Virus record (IMG/VR): IMGVR_UViG_3300046168_000051
Length of the DNA stretch: 20,000 nt
Reading direction: 5' to 3' (one strand)
Source: an uncultured virus (IMG/VR IMGVR_UViG_3300046168_000051)
Taxonomy: Duplodnaviria > Heunggongvirae > Uroviricota > Caudoviricetes
Shown here: one piece after another, positions 9,801 to 16,242 of the stretch
Layout of the letters: every line of letters starts with the position of its first letter
Numbering within the stretch: position 1 is the stretch's first letter
Notes under the pieces: model-generated
Database searches by the model: none
What the model saw: only the letters and a program-made list of their open reading frames with translations
Told to the model about the DNA's origin: nothing
Made by a program: the position numbers and the translations under genes

Positions 9801-12046
9801 GCCATGACATTTTGACGATGGAGGGCTGGGGCACGGGTAAAGAGGATGGTGTCATTCTTTCTTAGAGAGCGATGAACTATGTCTCCAGGAACCAAGCGTT
9901 CTGCCTGTTCGCGGCGAATGTTAGAGGCAAATTCGTAGCGGTACTCTCTTCGTGCCCGCTTTATCTCTTCTTCCATGCCGTCTTTGTCTTCCTGGTCGTA
10001 ATACTTCGCAGTTATCCCTCTTAGAATCTCTCGATACCAAACAGTCTGAGCATCCGGAAACTTTTGCTTACCCATATCATCAAGAGCAAACGGGTCTTGT
10101 GGGCCGTTAAGTTCTCCTTCCAAATTAACGCGAGACTTACTATTTGGCCTAAGCTTCTGAATGTACTTGGCCCCGCCAATATGGTTTCCTTCGTCATCTT
10201 TTGGATAATAGGTATCTATGTCCCATTGGTCTAGTGCGCCTATTCCCTTCTTTTCAGGAGGATAACCCCTGATTACTGCTTCTCTTAGGTCCTCGATATT
10301 TTCCTTAGTCACTCTTACAGCTACTGTCATGCGAATACAAGCACCGATAGGTACTCCTACTTCATCTAACCTTAATGCCGGATTAGGAGTGATTACCGAA
10401 TACATGGTATGTTCTGTTACCTTAGACTGGTTAATTGCCCTAATGTGATTCTTCTTTTTGCCAGGTGGCTTGATTCTATCATACACTCCCTCTAATGACG
10501 CGTTTACGGCACCATCTCCTCCAAACTTCTGACTCATAGCTGGAGTGCCAAACGGAGTCTGTGTGCTAAGAGCCTGAGTGCATGCTTTGAACAACATAGA
10601 CTCGCTTCTGTCAAACTGGCTTCTGTCATTTTGCATATCGAATAGCTTTTGGTTTGCCTTTACTACATTGATGTATAGCTTGTTGAGGTCATTCATTTCC
10701 AACGCACCTGATGGGGTCTCCTGTGGTGGTCGGATATTGTTTGGTGCAATGGGGAACCTTCTCCAAAAAAGATAGCCGGGGTGAGAGCGTGGCTCGCCTG
10801 TGCTTGGGTTTAGTTCCGTGTTGAACCCCATTGCGAGTGCTTGGTCATTTGGAACTTGGTCAAGCGAGTCGGCTACAACACCATAGCGTACAGGTGGGTT
10901 TCTTGGGAATTCATCTTTAGGTCGGTCACCAGGTCTAGGGAAGAATTCGGCTGTTCTTCCCATACCAAACTTCATTCTAAACATGAGGATAGGCGATTTT
11001 TCATTGCAACGAGGGCAGTGGTTGACCTTAGTGCTAAGCGGAGTTGGTACTGGCCCGCCCTGTGAAAGCTGATAGGGGCCCAAGTTTTTCTTCCCCTCCT
11101 TGTAGTAAGCATTGTAAGAATCATTGAGCGCCTTCCAAATAAGAGCAAAGCCATCAGGGCTGGTAAACTTGTTTTCGTACATTATCTTCTTTGCATTTGC
11201 GATTAGTGGGTCTAGGTACTCATCGGGGAGAACAATTTCATGACAACTACGGCAGGTGTACTTTAGTGTCTTTACTAGCGGCGAAGAGTCAATATTGCCA
11301 CTAAGATACAGGTAGTTAGGAACTGGTACTACTAAGTTGATTCTGCCGAAGTGGCCAGGACAGGAATCGGCCTTGAATCTATTCTCGTTACCAGTATGTC
11401 CGCAGGTAAAGCAGGCATCGTTGTTGTAAGTGCCTAGCCGAAGGTCAGCAACCCCGCCGTGAATAGGCCGAGGAACTGCGGCAATAGCAGTCTTGCTTTG
11501 TCTTGGCGTTTCGTAAACTTCCGCGTGTCGTATTACTCGGTCACCACTTAGTAGTTCTATTTCCCTCGGTCCCATCATCCCGTGGTAAATAGCTCCTACT
11601 TGCTTTGTGATTTCGTGGAGTGTATGGTCAACTTTTGGTACAAGATTGAACTCGGCAGACACTGGCCCCTCTAAGACATATCCGTCGTAATCAGTTTCTA
11701 TTTCTATCCGGGCGGAGGCATCGAATAGTTCGGTGTAAAGCCAATCATCGGGCTTTGGCTCTTCGTTTAGGTACCGCCGAGTATTCTCATACGGGGTGTT
11801 TGTAACTTTGCATATTGTAATTAGCCCACTTTTAGCTCTCACCGCAGCTGCGTTTGGAGAATACATGTACCAGCGATAGGCTTCTGCTAAGGTTGCGGGC
11901 ACCCATCTGATTGTGTCGATTTCTATGAGTCCCTTTGTTTTGCCATTAGCATCTACTAGTATCTCTTCTTCGGTAAAGAACCAATAGAACCCGCTATCTA
12001 GTGGGTTTTCTATTTCGAGTTCTGGCTGTGGCCCCTGAATTACCAT
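6821..12046 (-). CDS. rpo1: DNA-directed RNA polymerase largest subunit, archaeal/eukaryotic type (Rpo1, A' plus A'' in one chain), 1741 aa
   Basis: Clamp Zn motif CFTCG...CPGHFGRINL; CRSC/CPRC; FTRAPALHR; catalytic NADYDGD (9716-9736); QD..SGAYLLT; SGARAG.NI.QM; bridge helix ...KSGYLSHRL; GEDG; trigger loop PGEMIG...GEPVTQAGLRAFH; YGLEAA. Confidence 0.97.
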   Translation of the reverse strand: MVIQGPQPELEIENPLDSGFYWFFTEEEILVDANGKTKGLIEIDTIRWVPATLAEAYRWYMYSPNAAAVRAKSGLITICKVTNTPYENTRRYLNEEPKPDDWLYTELFDASARIEIETDYDGYVLEGPVSAEFNLVPKVDHTLHEITKQVGAIYHGMMGPREIELLSGDRVIRHAEVYETPRQSKTAIAAVPRPIHGGVADLRLGTYNNDACFTCGHTGNENRFKADSCPGHFGRINLVVPVPNYLYLSGNIDSSPLVKTLKYTCRSCHEIVLPDEYLDPLIANAKKIMYENKFTSPDGFALIWKALNDSYNAYYKEGKKNLGPYQLSQGGPVPTPLSTKVNHCPRCNEKSPILMFRMKFGMGRTAEFFPRPGDRPKDEFPRNPPVRYGVVADSLDQVPNDQALAMGFNTELNPSTGEPRSHPGYLFWRRFPIAPNNIRPPQETPSGALEMNDLNKLYINVVKANQKLFDMQNDRSQFDRSESMLFKACTQALSTQTPFGTPAMSQKFGGDGAVNASLEGVYDRIKPPGKKKNHIRAINQSKVTEHTMYSVITPNPALRLDEVGVPIGACIRMTVAVRVTKENIEDLREAVIRGYPPEKKGIGALDQWDIDTYYPKDDEGNHIGGAKYIQKLRPNSKSRVNLEGELNGPQDPFALDDMGKQKFPDAQTVWYREILRGITAKYYDQEDKDGMEEEIKRARREYRYEFASNIRREQAERLVPGDIVHRSLRKNDTILFTRAPALHRQNVMAGKVIPMKQKAFSFNPTICVPFNADYDGDAMRCFVPQSEEAIQEAKDILDVNKQIIHSRYGRPTIASDQDETSGAYLLTFPNKSKLTYKGKDEDGNDITITYNAYQKLDEDKRKKFKGPHGTFDGRIGYDKDGHVYFTKKALIQMMSLVYTRDDEGNLKYMDTLPEPDFKSIYYTGKAVVSHFIPEGINCDWEDSTGQPVSIRDGKLLHGTLDARGVKNGSMVLGAAFVYHFNYELGIRKLAEFIDHINRLFFAAHLYVGYTIGIEDISFESNFAYRHKETGEVISAGAHEALVREGKAAGFERYNESKKKIQELYDIANEKIRVVTEAFFTKTLEELPDDYFKENSRHWLTYDPQGWMELTVAKITRDFDKKIISLTKELQGTANQMNIAVVSGARAGNLNIQQMSGAYGQVTIGGSRLMSGIKVGRLLSHFSGGRSVSGSYEQQADPEFEPIYTDNPPDYSGNAFGFAKQAYSEGLSPENYFLASAAGRRSTMESSMGAIQKSGYLSHRLKRASENLMIDDRGYLVNMRLGKVLSLQVGEDGLQPFHARGPDNPNGLSLSLQSHFISQLCKHGIPLLDPCDTCQRGTTYTLRGKAGRLPKNILSKLTEKIDLEKEAREIEDPVAYFGRAYDYYIENKARPGEMIGSTGAANVGEPVTQAGLRAFHGGGKGTTPTTDRIVQVLDLSRSEIKQPATRFFLKDEYNNEETAKKLANFCSTLLLDDIVKVFRYLPEERGIDIIYDSKVVETFDLDLGFIYKYLDFKGGNERPKFYVNEIEGGLRVRTEGVPESLDIDSYLLVLKESLGKYQVNGLINGGRAFSDFTTHPNGGDKRWCVFVKGPAKPAPGRTNPMMENAYDLIGEYYDEYLTVCNDPFWVAHEYGLEAALSCIKEIFNNQMNSDNGLGELDLRYIDALIDNMGSTGYLSGLGKSGHMVANSISLLGGIGGEDPGKSLRAHPIMGTVDLLDGMVEAITVGIDLEIGKRYVDKKASNE

Positions 12047-12047
12047 G

Positions 12048-12485
12048 TCATCCTCTCGCTGCGGTATATGCTAGCCAATCGGCCATCTCGTTAAGTTCTG
12101 TACCCATGTGCGCTTTGACCCATTGATACTGGTGGACTCCCCGTAATGAATCTTCTAGCTTCCTTATGCGCTTAATGATTTTGACCAGGTCGGGTTGTCT
12201 GATATTGTAGTTGTCGGAAAGACCCTCAACTACCATTTTAGAGTCGCTGATAATTGTAATGTGAATACTTGGCCCTAATTTTCGAGCGATTAAATCCTCT
12301 AAAGCAAGTTCAACTGCTACAAATTCGGCCATGTTGTTGGTAGTAACCCCGATATATTCACCATGTAGGTGAATTATCTTCCCGGTGTCCTTGTCAAGTA
12401 TGACATAGCCTGAACCGCATTCACCTTTACTATCGGTGTCGCGGTCTTTGATACAGCTACCGTCAGTCCACACTTCGTATTCCAT
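12048..12485 (-). CDS. rnhA: Ribonuclease HI
   Basis: TDGS, TNNMAE, SDSK, WVKAH and NEMAD give the full D-E-D-H-D catalytic set. Likely start is ATG 12485, 1 nt after the rpo5 stop. Confidence 0.95.
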   Translation of the reverse strand: MEYEVWTDGSCIKDRDTDSKGECGSGYVILDKDTGKIIHLHGEYIGVTTNNMAEFVAVELALEDLIARKLGPSIHITIISDSKMVVEGLSDNYNIRQPDLVKIIKRIRKLEDSLRGVHQYQWVKAHMGTELNEMADWLAYTAARG

Positions 12486-12486
12486 A

Positions 12487-12750
12487 TCAAACACCCTTGA
12501 CAACACGATACTTTACCTTAGTGCGGGTAGCGGGGTCGTCGCCATCACCATCGTTGAAGCGGCTTCTAACGACTTCTATCTTTATTACGGAATTAATGGG
12601 AGTTTCTTCTCCTTTCATTCTTAAGTGCTTAAGAGCAGCGTCTTCATACATTAGGGAGGGGAGCTCCTCTATCTTGATGGAGAGAGACTTTAGAACCGCT
12701 TCTGCATCAAGCGGAGAAAGAACTGTGTGTTCCGGCATTAAGTAGTGCAT
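12487..12750 (-). CDS. rpoH: RNA polymerase subunit Rpo5/RpoH (archaeal type, no eukaryotic jaw domain)
   Basis: HYLMPEHTVLS...LPSL..EDAAL...VIKI..RS...YRVV matches the Rpb5 C-terminal domain pattern; 87 aa. Confidence 0.93.
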   Translation of the reverse strand: MHYLMPEHTVLSPLDAEAVLKSLSIKIEELPSLMYEDAALKHLRMKGEETPINSVIKIEVVRSRFNDGDGDDPATRTKVKYRVVKGV

Positions 12751-13097
12751 TATTCTGATGCAAGTACTCCCTCACCATGAAGGTACTGCTTCATTTCTTG
12801 AATTTCATCACCAAGCTTGATAACTCGGTAAGCAAGAAATGCGGTCCCTAGCATAATTGCTATGTCTATGGGTGCAAACTCTAGGAGCATAAGTAGAAAG
12901 GCGGTGTAAACAAGACCAATCAAAAGGCCTGCGAGCACTACTCTAAACCTATTTTCTAGGTCCTGAAGCTCATTGAGCCGAAATAAAGAACCAAACGGTG
13001 CTGGAGTATCACCAGGATTCGTCGTCGTCGTCCCAGTCCCAATCATCGTCTTCATCCTCGTCAGGAGTTTCTTCCTCATCATCATCGAGACCAGCAA
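12750..13097 (-). CDS. Small membrane protein with two predicted TM helices; start uncertain
   Basis: Two hydrophobic stretches; TAATG overlap with the rpo5 start. The N-terminus overlaps the acidic tail of the upstream gene, so the real start is probably later. Confidence 0.65.
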   Translation of the reverse strand: MLVSMMMRKKLLTRMKTMIGTGTTTTNPGDTPAPFGSLFRLNELQDLENRFRVVLAGLLIGLVYTAFLLMLLEFAPIDIAIMLGTAFLAYRVIKLGDEIQEMKQYLHGEGVLASE

Positions 13098-13479
13098 GAA
13101 GCCCAGTTAGTTCATCATCATCTTCTTCGATTCCTGGCATAATCACTTTTGCTTTCTTTGGTGCATCTTCTCCAAGCTCTTCCCAGTCGGGAATGTTATC
13201 ATAGTCGAAATCGTCTTTTTCGGGGATTTTAAGCTCCGGGCGCTTCTTCTTCACCAAGGCTGCCTTTACAATAGAGGGTCGTCCGGCATCTTCTGCCTCT
13301 TCTGCGCCTTCTTCTTCTTCAGGTTCATCGAATTCAATGGCTGATAGGTTAAGGTCTGAGTTCTTCTTCAATGCAAGAGTAGGTTCGACCCATCCTTCTA
13401 GCTTCTTCATCGCTGATTCATCATTCATAGCGTCGATTTCGATTGTCAAGTAATAGGTGAAGGTATGCTTTTCTGCCAT
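13009..13479 (-). CDS. Highly acidic hypothetical protein
   Basis: Small N-terminal domain followed by D/E-rich tracts ending DEDEDDDWDWDDDDESW; first gene of the RNAP operon. Confidence 0.8.
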   Translation of the reverse strand: MAEKHTFTYYLTIEIDAMNDESAMKKLEGWVEPTLALKKNSDLNLSAIEFDEPEEEEGAEEAEDAGRPSIVKAALVKKKRPELKIPEKDDFDYDNIPDWEELGEDAPKKAKVIMPGIEEDDDELTGLLAGLDDDEEETPDEDEDDDWDWDDDDESW

Positions 13480-13488
13480 GTTACTCAA

Positions 13489-13581
13489 TGAGCTTCGGTC
13501 TGACCTTAAACCTAAGTGTACTTCAAGTGACTATGTACTCTTTCACAATGCTTATATGCACCGTGAAGCTGCACATAAACA
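13489..13581. promoter_or_regulatory. Divergent promoter region with two TATA-like boxes
   Basis: Plus strand CTTATATG (13551-13558) is 24-31 nt before ATG 13582. Minus strand TTTAAGG (13510-13504) is 25-31 nt before ATG 13479. Confidence 0.55.
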
Positions 13582-13734
13582 ATGGGCACAGCCGACTCTA
13601 TGAGCGCAATTCGCGTTCGTAAGTACGATATTGAGCGACTCAAGGAGTTCAAAATGAACAATGAGTCAACTTGGGAGACTCTTGCTCGTATCTTAAACGA
13701 ATATCAACACAGCCTGTTGAACAAGGAGGAGTAG
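13582..13734 (+). CDS. 50-aa ribbon-helix-helix-like DNA-binding protein, not in the ORF track
   Basis: MGTADSMSAIRVRKYDIERLKEFKMNNESTWETLARILNEYQHSLLNKEE fits the archaeal RHH pattern IRV.....RL..K...ES...L.RIL. Confidence 0.75.
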   Translation: MGTADSMSAIRVRKYDIERLKEFKMNNESTWETLARILNEYQHSLLNKEE

Positions 13735-13736
13735 TT

Positions 13737-14042
13737 TTGGCCAAATTCAAGAGAACAGTAATGAAAATAGAGCAGTGTTTCAAGGTCTATGAAGCAGAAA
13801 GTGACCTAGATGTGCTGTCTTTTCATCAAATCCGCGACTGGTACAATGACCGTACCAAAGATGGTATTACTTCAGCTCGCCTAATCAACCTCCTACGCAA
13901 GCGTCCTCAGTTCACATGGCAGCATACTGAGCGTAAAATTGGCTCTAATGAGACTCTATCTTACTGGTCACTTGGCCGCAAAGAAATCCTACCTAACCCG
14001 GCACAAGGCTGGGTTGTTGTTGAGCAAAGAGTGTTGGTGTAG
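13737..14042 (+). CDS. Winged-helix-like protein, possibly DUF3860-like
   Basis: TTG start after GGAGGAG (13725-13731). QIRDWYNDRTKDGITSARLINLLRKRPQF...W resembles DUF3860 from memory; not verified. Confidence 0.6.
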   Translation: MAKFKRTVMKIEQCFKVYEAESDLDVLSFHQIRDWYNDRTKDGITSARLINLLRKRPQFTWQHTERKIGSNETLSYWSLGRKEILPNPAQGWVVVEQRVLV

Positions 14043-14079
14043 TACTACCTTGGCGGGCGCTACAATATGAAGCGAGGAA
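14039..14079 (+). repeat. Repeat A, copy 1 (41 bp)
   Basis: GTAGTACTACCTTGGCGGGCGCTACAATATGAAGCGAGGAA; 3 mismatches to 16201-16241. Confidence 0.9.
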
Positions 14080-14105
14080 TGCCTCGCTTCGTGTATTAGA
14101 GTAAC

Positions 14106-15110
14106 ATGTTTAACTACATAATAAAAACGCTGCTAGAAGTACTGACTGACTTTGGACCTGCCGCTTTGGCAATCATCCTATTTACAATCACCTACTTTGA
14201 TTGGCGTATGAACAGAATTACGAAGAAATTGTTGGAAACTAACTTTACCGTTAGCGACCTAGAAAAAGAAAACTTGAAACAAGTGAATGATGTGCGAGCT
14301 GACTCTCAACGAGACTCTCATAACATCCTCCTTATTTCTGAGATGCAAGGTCAAACCCTCACTGAGGCGTTTATGTCGCTTGTATCACATGTCAATAAGA
14401 ATGCTGAAGCTGTTATCACTACCCATGATGCCATTAAGCATTTTTCTGAAAATCTTGAACAACTTGAAAACGCAGTCCTAGCTACCGCTCTTCGTGAGGG
14501 GAAGCGCATGGCTGCGCTTGAAAAAGAGGTACAGAGTTTGAAGGAAGACCTAGAGTCCCTTCAAAGCACTGTTGGATTTCATGAGTCTATCATGCAAGTC
14601 CGCGAAGTGCTTCCTGTGCCGCGCAAAGCAGACTACTTGGGTTCAATCGAGGTTGAAACCCTCGTTGAGCCACTCAGCTCTCCCACCAATCCTGGTTGGG
14701 CCGCTGAGGAAGTCCTCGAAGCCAAAGATTCTCTTTGGCCCGAAGAAGTTCGAGAAGAAGTTGAAAACCCACATTCCGTTGGAGTTGCACCAGTTTTGGC
14801 TGCGCAGCGTTCGCGGAACAGGGTTGGAATGTTTGAATCACGCGTTGATGTGGTTCCTGACATTGACGACTTGAACAAAGAAGAATATGAGCTACTTCTA
14901 AGTGGCTACATATTTGACATGAAGGAACAAGGAATTCAAATCCCAACCTGCGACCAAGGCGTACTAGACGAAAAGTACGGCAATAAACTGACAGCAATGG
15001 ATTGGGAAATCATTCGCTTCAACGAAACGGGAATTACAGCCCGATTCGGAGAAGGTCAAGAGCCAGTCCCCGGTGCTTATCGCCGTGGTGACCCTTACCG
15101 ACCACTTTGA
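14106..15110 (+). CDS. Membrane-anchored coiled-coil protein (334 aa)
   Basis: N-terminal TM segment (FGPAALAIILFTITYF), heptad-rich middle, acidic C-terminal half. Confidence 0.8.
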   Translation: MFNYIIKTLLEVLTDFGPAALAIILFTITYFDWRMNRITKKLLETNFTVSDLEKENLKQVNDVRADSQRDSHNILLISEMQGQTLTEAFMSLVSHVNKNAEAVITTHDAIKHFSENLEQLENAVLATALREGKRMAALEKEVQSLKEDLESLQSTVGFHESIMQVREVLPVPRKADYLGSIEVETLVEPLSSPTNPGWAAEEVLEAKDSLWPEEVREEVENPHSVGVAPVLAAQRSRNRVGMFESRVDVVPDIDDLNKEEYELLLSGYIFDMKEQGIQIPTCDQGVLDEKYGNKLTAMDWEIIRFNETGITARFGEGQEPVPGAYRRGDPYRPL

Positions 15111-15135
15111 ACACCTTTTTCTCAACAATACCCCC

Positions 15136-15221
15136 CATACTAGAGTAGACATAAGAACCTCTGAGTATTTCTGCCCAAAGGGCAGTAGCCGCCGACCATG
15201 CACCCAGGTGCATGCAAGGCC
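15136..15221 (+). repeat. Repeat B, copy 1 (three-hairpin element)
   Basis: Near-identical to 15542-15626 (one indel, one substitution). Stems ATACT-AGAG/CTCT-g-AGTAT, CTGCCC/GGGCAG and CATGCAC/GTGCATG. Confidence 0.92.
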
Positions 15222-15275
15222 CCCAACCCTCCGCCAGTGGTTCCCCCACTGTGCGTTGGATTAGGAGGTAAAAAA

Positions 15276-15485
15276 ATGAATCTGATTGCAAAATTGGGAA
15301 TGGGCTACCATAATGGCCCCTTCTCGGTAAAGACGAACGGAGCGACTCCCAACTGGAAGGGCCTAACTTGGCCTGGTCCAGCTGGAGAGACCCTAGTAGC
15401 AGAAGCAATCGAGGTAAGCATGTATGACTCAGTAGTCATCATTGACGGCAAGCGCTACAACAGCACTTGTTTTGTCGACGCTTAA
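15276..15485 (+). CDS. Hypothetical protein (69 aa)
   Basis: GGAGGT-A7 directly before ATG 15276. The frame is also open from the ATG inside repeat B (15198). Confidence 0.7.
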   Translation: MNLIAKLGMGYHNGPFSVKTNGATPNWKGLTWPGPAGETLVAEAIEVSMYDSVVIIDGKRYNSTCFVDA

Positions 15486-15503
15486 CCTCGGTTTCTGCAT
15501 ACT

Positions 15504-15535
15504 CCACAGGTAGCTCGCACACCTACAAAGTGCGA
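15504..15535 (+). repeat. Repeat C, copy 1 (32 bp, predicted H-type pseudoknot)
   Basis: CCACAGGTAGCTCGCACACCTACAAAGTGCGA, identical to 16059-16090. Confidence 0.92.
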
Positions 15536-15541
15536 GATTAA

Positions 15542-15626
15542 CATACTAGAGTAGACATAAGAACCTCTGAGTATTCTGCCCAAAGGGCAGTAGCCGCCGA
15601 CCATGAACCCAGGTGCATGCAAGGCC
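15542..15626 (+). repeat. Repeat B, copy 2
   Basis: Near-identical to 15136-15221. Confidence 0.92.
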
Positions 15627-15661
15627 TTTAGTGCGGTAAGCACAGGATGTGAAAACATACC

Positions 15662-15688
15662 CGAAAATAACGAAAATAACGAAAATAA
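15662..15688 (+). repeat. Tandem repeat (CGAAAATAA)x3
   Basis: Read directly from the sequence, just upstream of ATG 15696. Confidence 0.9.
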
Positions 15689-15695
15689 CGAACAA

Positions 15696-16049
15696 ATGAA
15701 CGAACTGAAAAGATTGGAAGATGAAGCAGCAAAACTTGCTAAAGCAACCCAATACGAAGGAGAATGGATTCGACTCTCGATAGGAGAGAAAATCGCCTTG
15801 ATGGTAGCATATGAAACTGCTACCGGGGCAAAAGCTGACCTAGACGGCGCGAAGAGACTCTTTATACTAATAAAGGAAAACAACGCACAGGCCGAAAGGA
15901 ACATCAAGAACAACTACCTTCCATATCAAGAAAAACTTGAAAGGGAAATCAAAGCCCTAAAGCTAGAGCTTAGAACTCCTGAACAAGTAGCTTCTGATGA
16001 ACAAGACGAAGAGCGCCGACTAGCGCGACTTCGAATGTTCCAAGACTGA
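15696..16049 (+). CDS. Helical, coiled-coil hypothetical protein (117 aa; 148 aa if started at 15603)
   Basis: E/K/L/A-rich ORF between repeats B and C. Confidence 0.75.
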   Translation: MNELKRLEDEAAKLAKATQYEGEWIRLSIGEKIALMVAYETATGAKADLDGAKRLFILIKENNAQAERNIKNNYLPYQEKLEREIKALKLELRTPEQVASDEQDEERRLARLRMFQD

Positions 16050-16058
16050 GCAGTTCAA

Positions 16059-16090
16059 CCACAGGTAGCTCGCACACCTACAAAGTGCGA
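16059..16090 (+). repeat. Repeat C, copy 2
   Basis: Identical to 15504-15535; 9 nt after a stop codon. Confidence 0.92.
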
Positions 16091-16096
16091 AACGAC

Positions 16097-16173
16097 ACTG
16101 TGCAATGCGTTGCACAGTTTCTGCCCTTTTGGGCAGTAGCCGCCGACCATGCACCCAGGTGCATGCAAGGCCC
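16097..16173 (+). repeat. Repeat B, copy 3 (variant)
   Basis: Core 16119-16173 is conserved, with loop AAA changed to TTTT. The first hairpin is replaced by ACTGTGCAA-TGCG-TTGCACAGT. Confidence 0.9.
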
Positions 16174-16200
16174 AAGTATTGGTAAATAGCGAATGTCAAG

Positions 16201-16241
16201 GTAGTACTACTTTGGCGGGCGCTACAATATGGAACGAGGAA
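16201..16241 (+). repeat. Repeat A, copy 2
   Basis: 3 mismatches to 14039-14079. Confidence 0.9.
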
Positions 16242-16242
16242 C

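Noticed and set aside
4110..12046. Inteins in PolB or Rpo1
   Set aside because: No C...HN-(C/S/T) splice motifs or LAGLIDADG blocks were seen in the insertions.
6821..12750. Ordinary cellular rpo operon
   Set aside because: rpoB, ribosomal protein and nusA neighbours are absent, and the motifs are far more divergent than in cellular enzymes.
15188..15200. Kozak-like GCCGCCGACCATG as evidence of a eukaryotic host
   Set aside because: It is confined to one repeat family, while Shine-Dalgarno sites, coupled genes and the short Rpo5 indicate a prokaryotic host.
16164..16231. Twister-sister ribozyme (GCAAGGCCC...GGGCGCUACA)
   Set aside because: The flanks resemble the motif, but the internal UGCAAG loop is absent and the two halves belong to repeats that occur separately elsewhere.
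15136..16241. CRISPR array
   Set aside because: Repeats are long, of several types, and separated by whole genes rather than uniform spacers; no cas genes are present.
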